Source of the DNA: an uncultured Candidatus Saccharibacteria bacterium
GTDB taxonomy: Bacteria; Patescibacteriota; Minisyncoccia; Phycocordibacterales; JACOZG01
Assembly: GCA_964591715.1 (NCBI GenBank)
Contig: CAZQDR010000003.1
Span: 269-64,268 of the forward strand
Direction: 5' to 3'
DNA: 64,000 bases
Positions 57,306-64,000 of this stretch are shown here, piece after piece. Every line of letters begins with the position of its first letter. Positions within the stretch are counted from its first letter, which is position 1. A program made the position numbers and the translations under genes. The notes beneath the pieces were generated by a model. That model had not been told where the DNA came from, did no database searches, and saw nothing but the letters and a program-made list of their open reading frames with translations.

Positions 57306-57692
57306 TTAATTAAACTTGATTTCAAACGGGTACATACCCATGCCACAGGAACCTTTAAGTGTGCCAAGCTGACCACTGCCAATATCAATATCCGTTGACC
57401 CCGTTTGAGGCAGTAGCTTTGAAATATTCATACTGGCGATCCTAACCGATGACGAACAATCAAACGTATTTTGAGTGTTAAATCGAAGAATGGTCGGGAT
57501 CCCGGCTTTAGCCACACTCTTGCGAGGCTGAAAACCGCCCCGAGCCGTAATCTCTATTATTTGTTTCCCATCAACAATGGTGACATTATTGCCGTTCTCG
57601 GTTAACTCCGCGCCGTCTTTATTACCGGCAAACAGGAAAGCTCCTCCAATGAGAGCCAGGGCGATAAATATGGCGATAACGGTTGCTTTCAT
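57306..57692 (-). CDS. small exported cupredoxin-like/metal-binding protein
   Basis: ORF to 57737; start MKATV; C-terminal GSCGMGMYPFEIKF Cys/Met cluster. Confidence 0.5.
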   Translation of the reverse strand: MKATVIAIFIALALIGGAFLFAGNKDGAELTENGNNVTIVDGKQIIEITARGGFQPRKSVAKAGIPTILRFNTQNTFDCSSSVRIASMNISKLLPQTGSTDIDIGSGQLGTLKGSCGMGMYPFEIKFN

Positions 57693-57705
57693 AAATATTA
57701 TTATT

Positions 57706-58737
57706 TTAAAAATTAAACACTGGCGGAATAAGCCCAATGACCACCAAACTATTTATAAGGTTAAACAGCGCAAACATGATCACGATCAAGCCAGCCGTCT
57801 TAAAGAAAACTCCAGCCTTCGAACTTTTTTGGATGCTGAATGAACTAAAACTGATCAGGGCTAAAACGGGCAAAGTACCCAAAGCAAAAGCCAACATCGT
57901 TAACCCGCCAGCAATAAAGCTCCCCGTGGTCAGCGTGTAAAGCTGCATCGACTGAGTAAAACCGCAAGGCAAGAAGAAAGTGGCCACACCAACCGCGAGT
58001 GGGGTGAGAGTGTGATTAAGCTTTGAGACCCCATGAGCGTGTTTGGCAATAAACTTTGGCATCGAGGGCTGAAGCTTCTTAGCCCAATGAAAGGTGTCGA
58101 GAAGGTTAATCCCCAAAATAAGCATAACGGCAGCAATAACCAGACCCAAAATAAAAGTGGCGGTCGAACTTAGAGTAAAGGCTGACCCGATCGCCCCAAT
58201 AACTCCACCCAAAACAAAGAAAGAAACGATTCTTCCCCCATGGAACATCAGCTGGGGACGGACTTTGTCGCCCTCTTTAGCAAAGGTGGCGGACATCGAT
58301 AGAACCAGGCCACCCACTACCGCCATACAGGTCGAAAGCGAAGCGATTACTCCAACAATAAAAGTGGTGCCGTAGGAGACATTGCCGGCACTAACCAGGT
58401 TTACGATTCCCATTTTTTGAAGTCCGACAAATAAAACAGCAAAGGCAACCGCAATGGGAGCGGCAATCTTAAAGTCTCGCCACTTTGCTTGATGTTGCTG
58501 CTTAGATACCGAAACCGTATAGCCGTGGGATTTAAGAGGTACGGTGAGCTCCTCCGCGATCTGCTCTGGCGCCTGATTGCCAAAATTACCGACTACCTCT
58601 ACCGAATGATGTTTCAGACTGGATTTGACTTTAGTCAATTGAGGTAAATCACGCAACTCACTTTCGATCATGAGGACACAGGAATTACAGTGCATGCCGT
58701 GGACGTGAAAAATATAGGTTTGGTTTTGAGTGGCCAT
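57706..58737 (-). CDS. HMA-domain protein fused to DsbD_2/CcdA-like membrane domain
   Basis: N-terminal GMHCNSC; 6-8 TM with Cys in TM (LSTCMAV, FLPCGF). Confidence 0.7.
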   Translation of the reverse strand: MATQNQTYIFHVHGMHCNSCVLMIESELRDLPQLTKVKSSLKHHSVEVVGNFGNQAPEQIAEELTVPLKSHGYTVSVSKQQHQAKWRDFKIAAPIAVAFAVLFVGLQKMGIVNLVSAGNVSYGTTFIVGVIASLSTCMAVVGGLVLSMSATFAKEGDKVRPQLMFHGGRIVSFFVLGGVIGAIGSAFTLSSTATFILGLVIAAVMLILGINLLDTFHWAKKLQPSMPKFIAKHAHGVSKLNHTLTPLAVGVATFFLPCGFTQSMQLYTLTTGSFIAGGLTMLAFALGTLPVLALISFSSFSIQKSSKAGVFFKTAGLIVIMFALFNLINSLVVIGLIPPVFNF

Positions 58738-58742
58738 AGTAA

Positions 58743-60986
58743 TTATAATTTTTTAGCTTTGATTCTAAGCGAGTTGGAGACGACCGACACACTGGAAAAG
58801 GCCATCGCCAAACCGGCAAACACCGGATTCAACAGCCAGCCAAAGACTGGATAAAACACGCCCGCCGCCAGCGGGATGCCGATGATGTTATAGATAAAGG
58901 CCCAGAAAAGATTTTGCTTAATCCCCCGCATTGTCATCCGGGACAACTTAATAGCTTTTACCAGCTTCGAAATGTCGCCGCCCAACAGAGTAATACCGGC
59001 TGACTCGATCGCGACGTCAGTGCCCGTCCCCATCGCAATTCCCACGTCAGCTTGAGCTAAGGCGGGAGCATCATTAACCCCATCACCAGCCATGGCCACC
59101 GTTTTACCTTGCGATTGTAATTCTTTTATTTTTGCTAGTTTATCTTGAGGTAAAACATGAGCGACCACATCATCAATGCCCACCAGCGAGGCGATATAGT
59201 TGGCCGCCTTTTCATCATCGCCCGTTAGCATCACCACCTTAATTCCCAGCCGATGAAGAGCGGTTACCATTGGTTTTGATTCTGGTTTAATTTCGTCAGC
59301 CACCATCACAAAACCAATAACGTTCTCGGTCGTCGCCAGAATAACCGGCGTTTTACCTTGTGCGGTGAAGAGGTCTAGGGCGCTGACATCAAAAGCCAAC
59401 CCCCGCTCATTAATCAGCTTGGCATTGCCCACAAAATATCCGACCCCTTTAACTGATCCTTTGAGTCCTCTCCCCTGTAACGCTTCGAAGTCTTCCACAT
59501 TTTCGATGATTATTTTTTTCTCTTGCGCGTAATTAACAATCGCCTGAGCAATCGGGTGCTCGGACTTCTTCTCCAATGAGGCTAGGATGGAAATCAGTTC
59601 TTCGTCTGAAAGGTTAGAGAAGTGTTTAATAACCGTGTCTACCTCGTGAAGTTTTTCTAGCGTGGCGGCATCTTTAATCAAAATTCCCTCCTTGGCTCCC
59701 TTACCAACCCCCACAATAATAGCGGTCGGCGTTGCCAGCCCCAAGGCACAAGGACAGGCAATGACCAGCACTCCCACAAAGGAAACCAGCCCAAACGATA
59801 AAGCTTGCGAGAAACCAAGAGCGGGAATGCCGAGCATTAACCAGATTCCCAGAGTCAGGAACGAGATCGCCAAAGTGATCGGCACAAAAACACTGGAAAT
59901 TTTATCGGCCAGCGCTTGAATCGGAGCTTTACTGCCCTGGGCCTCTTCGACCAGCTTGATGATCTGCGCCAGCAGAGTCTCCGCTCCCACTTTGGTAGCG
60001 CTAAAAATAAATGAACCGGTCGTATTTATTGTTCCCGCCACCACACTGTCGCCGATTTTCTTTTGGGCTGGCATCGGTTCGCCCGTCACCATCGACTCAT
60101 TAACGAAAGAGGCACCCTCGGTAATTACTCCATCGACAGGGATCTTAGCTCCCGGTTTTATCACAATCAGATCTCCATGCTTGACCTCATTCACCGAAAT
60201 CTCGACTTCTTCTCCCCCTCGAACCACCAGAGCCGTTTTAGCTTGAAGGTTGAGAAGTTTTTCAATCGCATCACCTGTCTTAATTTTTGATCGCGCTTCC
60301 AAATATTTACCGAGCGCAATAAAGGTAATAACCACGATTGTCACATCATAATAAGTCTGTTCAACATTAATGAAGGGCTGGAGTGATGACTCAAAAGCCG
60401 TAACAATAAAACTATAGAGAAACGCCGCGGAAGTACCAATACCAATCAGCGTATCCATGTTGGCTTTGCCGTAGCGGAGGAAACGATAAAAACCAAGGAG
60501 ATAGGGTTTGCCCACCACCAATAGGGCATAGGCGGCAAAGATCGGTAAAAGGTGATGGAAAAATTCTTTGCTAACGGGCCCCATTTCTGGCACCAGATTA
60601 TACTGAGCGAGAATATCCCAACCCATCACCAAGATGCTAAAAATCGCCAAAGGAATTGCGGATAAAACTTTTGATCGCATATCGGCCACCTCCGCCAACT
60701 TCTCCTTCTTTGATTGATTTAACCCTAAGTGAGCGGCGTGCTCGTCCTCTGACATCCCCATCTCACTCGCGGTAGGCAGCTCCAAGGAATACCCCAACTT
60801 TTCTATTTTTTGAGAAAGGTGGTGGGCGTTAGTCTGAGATTCATCAAAGCTTACTTTGGCCGTTTCCGTCCCATAGTTCACTTCAACCGAATCAACACCA
60901 GCTGTTTTTTTAAAAGTTTTCTCGATGATGCCCGCGCAAGAGGCGCAATGCATTCCCTTTACCCGATAAATTTTAGTGTGACTCAT
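58743..60986 (-). CDS. copA: Cu+-type P1B ATPase homologue lacking the DKTGT phosphorylation motif
   Basis: HMA GMHCASC, TGEP, CPC, SEHP, GDGVNDAP, MAFSS all present; between CPC and SEHP reads ...LHEVDTVIKHFSNLSDEE; about 17 aa incl. FDKTGTLT absent. Confidence 0.8.
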   Translation of the reverse strand: MSHTKIYRVKGMHCASCAGIIEKTFKKTAGVDSVEVNYGTETAKVSFDESQTNAHHLSQKIEKLGYSLELPTASEMGMSEDEHAAHLGLNQSKKEKLAEVADMRSKVLSAIPLAIFSILVMGWDILAQYNLVPEMGPVSKEFFHHLLPIFAAYALLVVGKPYLLGFYRFLRYGKANMDTLIGIGTSAAFLYSFIVTAFESSLQPFINVEQTYYDVTIVVITFIALGKYLEARSKIKTGDAIEKLLNLQAKTALVVRGGEEVEISVNEVKHGDLIVIKPGAKIPVDGVITEGASFVNESMVTGEPMPAQKKIGDSVVAGTINTTGSFIFSATKVGAETLLAQIIKLVEEAQGSKAPIQALADKISSVFVPITLAISFLTLGIWLMLGIPALGFSQALSFGLVSFVGVLVIACPCALGLATPTAIIVGVGKGAKEGILIKDAATLEKLHEVDTVIKHFSNLSDEELISILASLEKKSEHPIAQAIVNYAQEKKIIIENVEDFEALQGRGLKGSVKGVGYFVGNAKLINERGLAFDVSALDLFTAQGKTPVILATTENVIGFVMVADEIKPESKPMVTALHRLGIKVVMLTGDDEKAANYIASLVGIDDVVAHVLPQDKLAKIKELQSQGKTVAMAGDGVNDAPALAQADVGIAMGTGTDVAIESAGITLLGGDISKLVKAIKLSRMTMRGIKQNLFWAFIYNIIGIPLAAGVFYPVFGWLLNPVFAGLAMAFSSVSVVSNSLRIKAKKL

Positions 60987-60991
60987 AAAAT

Positions 60992-61255
60992 CTATTTACG
61001 CTTAAGCTTATAGACCTTGAGCACTTCCCCGACAGCCTTATCGGGCTTGCCTTCTTTTATTTGTTTAACCACACAATGTGAGAGATGGTGCTCCATAAGC
61101 AGATCCTCCACATTCGACAAACCCTGCTTGGCGGCCGAGCTTTGGGTAATGACGTCAATGCAATAGGTCCCCTTCTCCACCATTTCCCGCAAGCCCCGGA
61201 CCTGACCTTCAATAATCTTTAGGCGACGAGCCAGCTTCTCCTTGTTTGTATTCAT
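60992..61255 (-). CDS. csoR: CsoR/RcnR-family metal-sensing repressor
   Basis: 87 aa; C..H..C signature (YCIDV...HLSHC). Confidence 0.85.
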   Translation of the reverse strand: MNTNKEKLARRLKIIEGQVRGLREMVEKGTYCIDVITQSSAAKQGLSNVEDLLMEHHLSHCVVKQIKEGKPDKAVGEVLKVYKLKRK

Positions 61256-61266
61256 AGTTCTATCCT

Positions 61267-61284
61267 ATACCCCCCAGGGGGTAT
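61267..61284. promoter_or_regulatory. CsoR-type operator: perfect inverted repeat ATACCCCC-CA-GGGGGTAT overlapping a TTGACG-17-TATAGG promoter
   Basis: seen directly, 12-29 nt upstream of csoR ATG. Confidence 0.65.
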
Positions 61285-61317
61285 CCGTCAAGTATAGATA
61301 TCCCCCTTACCGTCAAA

Positions 61318-61356
61318 ACAAAAATGACCCCGCGAATAGTGTTCGCGGGGTCATGA
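61318..61356 (-). terminator. rho-independent terminator after HIT gene (13-bp stem)
   Basis: atgaccccgcgaa/ttcgcggggtcat + U-run on minus. Confidence 0.7.
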
Positions 61357-61380
61357 AAACTGGCGCCTAGTGACAACGGG

Positions 61381-61836
61381 TCAGGCAATGGTTTTATCTA
61401 AAGTCAATTTAAGCTGTTTCGCCACCTCTTTAAGTTCCGCCTCTGGACTCGCCTCTCGGCTACCAGGACGATATAAAAATTGACGAGGTTCATATTCAAT
61501 AATTCCTGCGTCACCTTCCTTTCGTGGCAACAAGTGCAAATGAAAGTGCGGCACTGATTGTCCCGCCAATTTACCCTCATTCCAGGCAAAGTTGAAACCT
61601 TCAGCGCCAAACACTTTAGTCAGTGCCCCTTTAAGTGTCCCCATTAAATTAAAAATGGCTTGTCGTTCCGCTTCGGTCAACTCCGCAAAAGTAGCGACAC
61701 AGCGAGTCGGCACAATTAAAACGTGGCCAGGCACAATCGGGATATTGGTTGGGAAAGCGAAAGCTAATTCATTAGAAATAATCACCCGCTCTTTAATAGC
61801 TGGGATTTCACAAAACGCGCAGTAAATATCAGTCAT
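61381..61836 (-). CDS. HIT-family hydrolase
   Basis: histidine triad HFHLHLL. Confidence 0.85.
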   Translation of the reverse strand: MTDIYCAFCEIPAIKERVIISNELAFAFPTNIPIVPGHVLIVPTRCVATFAELTEAERQAIFNLMGTLKGALTKVFGAEGFNFAWNEGKLAGQSVPHFHLHLLPRKEGDAGIIEYEPRQFLYRPGSREASPEAELKEVAKQLKLTLDKTIA

Positions 61837-61962
61837 AAATTTGAAAGCCAGTATATCAACTAATCTCTTGGTTAGAAAGTTAATTGAGTTATTTAAATAA
61901 AAGAAGCCCCGTCAGCATCACGCTGCGGGGCTATTAAGGTTGTGACTGGGGCACTTCTGACT

Positions 61963-62343
61963 TCAGTCCGGCAGAGCTTCGTTATCAAGCTTGATCGCCA
62001 GAGCTAGAAGAACTAACGCATTTCTGACTCTCAAACTACGACCGCCACCGATCATCGTTCGAAAGCGCAAAACCGGTCCGCGGTGCTGGTCGGTGCTTAA
62101 CCAAGCATCACCATCCCGAGTAAACCCGACAATCATCCGTCCTTCCCGCGTGCCATCATGATCATCGTGCAATCTCAAGTATTGCTCATCCACCGATAAT
62201 CCGGTTGGCCAAAAAGGATTGTTCAGCACCCGCAACGCATCTTTGTTCAGTCTTTCGCTGGAGGGTTCCACATTGATCTCCTTATATTTAACCAAGCTCC
62301 CCTCTTCCTCTTTAAAACTACTGCGTTTAGAAGATAGGGTCAA
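61963..62343 (-). CDS. hypothetical protein
   Basis: 126 aa ORF, no family call. Confidence 0.4.
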   Translation of the reverse strand: MTLSSKRSSFKEEEGSLVKYKEINVEPSSERLNKDALRVLNNPFWPTGLSVDEQYLRLHDDHDGTREGRMIVGFTRDGDAWLSTDQHRGPVLRFRTMIGGGRSLRVRNALVLLALAIKLDNEALPD

Positions 62344-62344
62344 A

Positions 62345-62839
62345 TCATTTCCTTGCTCGATATATTTTTAACTTACTGTACTCTTTATCCTCTTCTGACT
62401 CTAACACTAACTCTGGCTCTAGATTAAACACTGGAACACCTTCTACCACTTCAACTGGCACGACATTAAAAATAACCTTGTCGATCAAACCAAGCTTATA
62501 AAAATCAGTATTTAAAGTCGGGCCACTTGATAATAAAATCTTTTTCCCTTGCTCTACCGCCTCTTCTGGCGACCCCACTTTTACATAGCCAAGCTTAGGA
62601 ACGAATTCCTCATTCTTGCTTACGACGACTTTTTTAATTTTAAGCTCTCCAAAACTTCTAACTAAACCTGGTTCATATGATTGAATCACTTCATACGTCC
62701 TTCGGCCCATTACCACGACATCGCACTGACGGCACAAGTTTAAAAAATCACTCCATAGCTCGTCGGGTATAAAATCCTCCGAGTCATCTAATCGAGAAAT
62801 AAACCCATCGGCCGAAATGGCGTTATATAGAGTTACCAT
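62345..62839 (-). CDS. RibD C-terminal domain / dihydrofolate-reductase-like family protein
   Basis: 164 aa; LYNAISADGFI...VVVMGRRTYE pattern. Confidence 0.6.
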   Translation of the reverse strand: MVTLYNAISADGFISRLDDSEDFIPDELWSDFLNLCRQCDVVVMGRRTYEVIQSYEPGLVRSFGELKIKKVVVSKNEEFVPKLGYVKVGSPEEAVEQGKKILLSSGPTLNTDFYKLGLIDKVIFNVVPVEVVEGVPVFNLEPELVLESEEDKEYSKLKIYRARK

Positions 62840-62892
62840 CCCTAAAGTATAGCAGACCAGCTTTCTCCATACCCACCTGGAAAAAAGTGTAC

Positions 62893-62917
62893 TGAGAAGT
62901 CGTTTTGGTTTTAGGTG
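62893..62917. repeat. 25-nt direct repeat copy A (tgagaagtcgttttggttttRggtg), partner at 63943-63967 abutting a tRNA 3' end
   Basis: 24/25 identity. Confidence 0.7.
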
Positions 62918-63074
62918 AGGTCGTAGAGGATGTTAGAACTATATTTGAGAAAAGGAATGATGCGACGATCTACATTCCTGATTTATACCCTACCCCAGCA
63001 CGTCAAAACTAGAACCGATTTTACAGCTCAAAGAAAACCGCCCTCTAACGGTTTTCGTTAGTGGGCGGTGGTGG

Positions 63075-63605
63075 TTAAACAAAAGAACAAATACAACTTT
63101 CTTTCCGCCGGCCGCAACCGAGACAGTCGCGGTTTACAGGTTCGCTCTCGGTGAGAAAGTCCTCTTCGTCATACTGCTCGCACCGTGCTTCGTCGGCATC
63201 GCGTTGAGAATTGTCCGTCGAGAACAGATTGATACGCCCCGGACGGTGAACCGACATCGAGACTTCGTGTTCAAGCTCGCAGCAGGCAAGCGTCGTCCTT
63301 GTGTCAGCGTCGCGAATCACTCTCATGAGCTTGTTGCGCACAGACTTCAGAAGTTTCTGGGGGTTGCGCAGTTCCCCTCGGAGGCTGTACTCAAAAAGAA
63401 TAATTTCACCCATACCCCCGAGCCGATGCTGAACAATCACGCAGTTGCTGGCGAAGCATTCCAAATCTTCTACTGTCAGTCCAATGGTCGTGATTCCATA
63501 AACCATGAACACGACTCGTGAGCATGACTGGCCGATGATGGCGAGCGTACCCTCACTCTGGATTTGAACTTGCCGAGACGCCGAAACGATGACGTTGCTT
63601 TTCAT
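63075..63605 (-). CDS. hypothetical Cys-rich protein
   Basis: ORF to 63632; start MKSNV with AGGAG SD; C-terminal CLGCGRRKESCICSF. Confidence 0.45.
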   Translation of the reverse strand: MKSNVIVSASRQVQIQSEGTLAIIGQSCSRVVFMVYGITTIGLTVEDLECFASNCVIVQHRLGGMGEIILFEYSLRGELRNPQKLLKSVRNKLMRVIRDADTRTTLACCELEHEVSMSVHRPGRINLFSTDNSQRDADEARCEQYDEEDFLTESEPVNRDCLGCGRRKESCICSFV

Positions 63606-63784
63606 CTCTAGACTCCTAATTTGAAGGAACAATGTGTCGAATGTTTATTGAGCCCAACACGTTGGCTCACAGGATCGAATGATTCTTGCTTTTACTATTA
63701 TATCTTTATTCCAGTTTTTTGTCAATAGCTCGGGTAGAACTAAAACATGCCTTAAAATAAGGCTAGATTGGAGAAAATTATCGC

Positions 63785-63800
63785 TGGGTGCCCACTAGGA
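63785..63800. repeat. duplicated tRNA 3'-end segment (tgggtgcccactRgga), partner 63962-63977
   Basis: 15/16 identity. Confidence 0.6.
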
Positions 63801-63963
63801 CGCTTCGCTATCTCACATCGCTTCGCTCCTACAAACCCCTCGGTTTGTATTGTTCCGCCACGGGGAACTAATGTTCCCCGACCCCCTCCTTGTTCTATTC
63901 CCACTGGGGCCCAACAGCGAAACACAAAACGACCCCTCGTAATGAGAAGTCGTTTTGGTTTTG

Positions 63964-64000
63964 GGTGCCCACTGGGAATCGAACCCAGATTGAGAGATCC
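63964..64000 (-). tRNA. 3' portion of a tRNA gene running off the window edge (identity unknown)
   Basis: minus strand reads ...CTGGGTTCGATTCCCAG (T-arm) TGGGCAC C (acceptor + discriminator); anticodon outside window. Confidence 0.6.

Noticed and set aside
1-64000. CRISPR arrays, rRNA genes, transposases/integrases
   Set aside because: No spaced direct-repeat arrays, no rRNA-like conserved blocks and no recognisable transposase or integrase ORFs were seen anywhere in the window.

Overview
This 64 kb window reads as chromosomal DNA from a small-genome bacterium with about 50% GC. Most genes lie on the minus strand, and sigma70-type promoters (TTGACA-N16/17-TATACT) recur. The overall gene content suggests a Patescibacteria/CPR-like organism, but that is inference only.

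Housekeeping genes that can be called from sequence:
- Ribosomal proteins: rplL, rplJ, rpsR, rpsF, rplK.
- Transcription/translation factors and translocase: secE, nusG, efp.
- DNA metabolism: ftsK, recA, ssb, recO.
- Aminoacyl-tRNA synthetases: metG, glyQS, ileS, argS.
- An SOS operon (small ORF, lexA, Y-family polymerase) with a GAAC-N4-GTTT box.

Accessory or lineage-specific content:
- A tandem array of four secreted paralogs with a nucleotide-conserved leader.
- Several large surface proteins with PKD, LTD, beta-helix and peptidoglycan-binding domains.
- A csoR-copA copper locus with a perfect operator palindrome, next to an RND efflux pump.
- cdaA plus a DHH phosphoesterase.
- Two GC-rich (about 58-60%) islands, one of which carries csrA.

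Most notable observations:
1. A 9-gene deoxypyrimidine module covers dut, tmk, glyA, dCMP deaminase, a ThyA-family enzyme, folA, a Dcd-like protein, a P-loop dNMP-kinase-like protein and a deoxyribosyltransferase-like protein.
   - The ThyA homologue carries the dCMP-specificity signature (Asp in place of the invariant pyrimidine-binding Asn, and RSND instead of RSCD).
   - The Dcd homologue lacks the catalytic Glu.
   - Together these suggest a nucleotide-level 5-methyl- or 5-hydroxymethyl-cytosine pathway, or a dCMP-to-5-Me-dCMP-to-dTMP route, rather than a plain thymidylate cluster.
2. IleRS carries an in-frame histidine-phosphatase (RHG...H) domain of about 200 aa inserted in its catalytic core.
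3. The CopA-type P1B-ATPase is precisely missing the DKTGT phosphorylation motif.

Other points worth a second look:
- A promoter/terminator-bounded ncRNA candidate of about 270 nt.
- A repeated leader element in front of ileS and argS.
- A tRNA 3' end with nearby direct repeats at the window edge.
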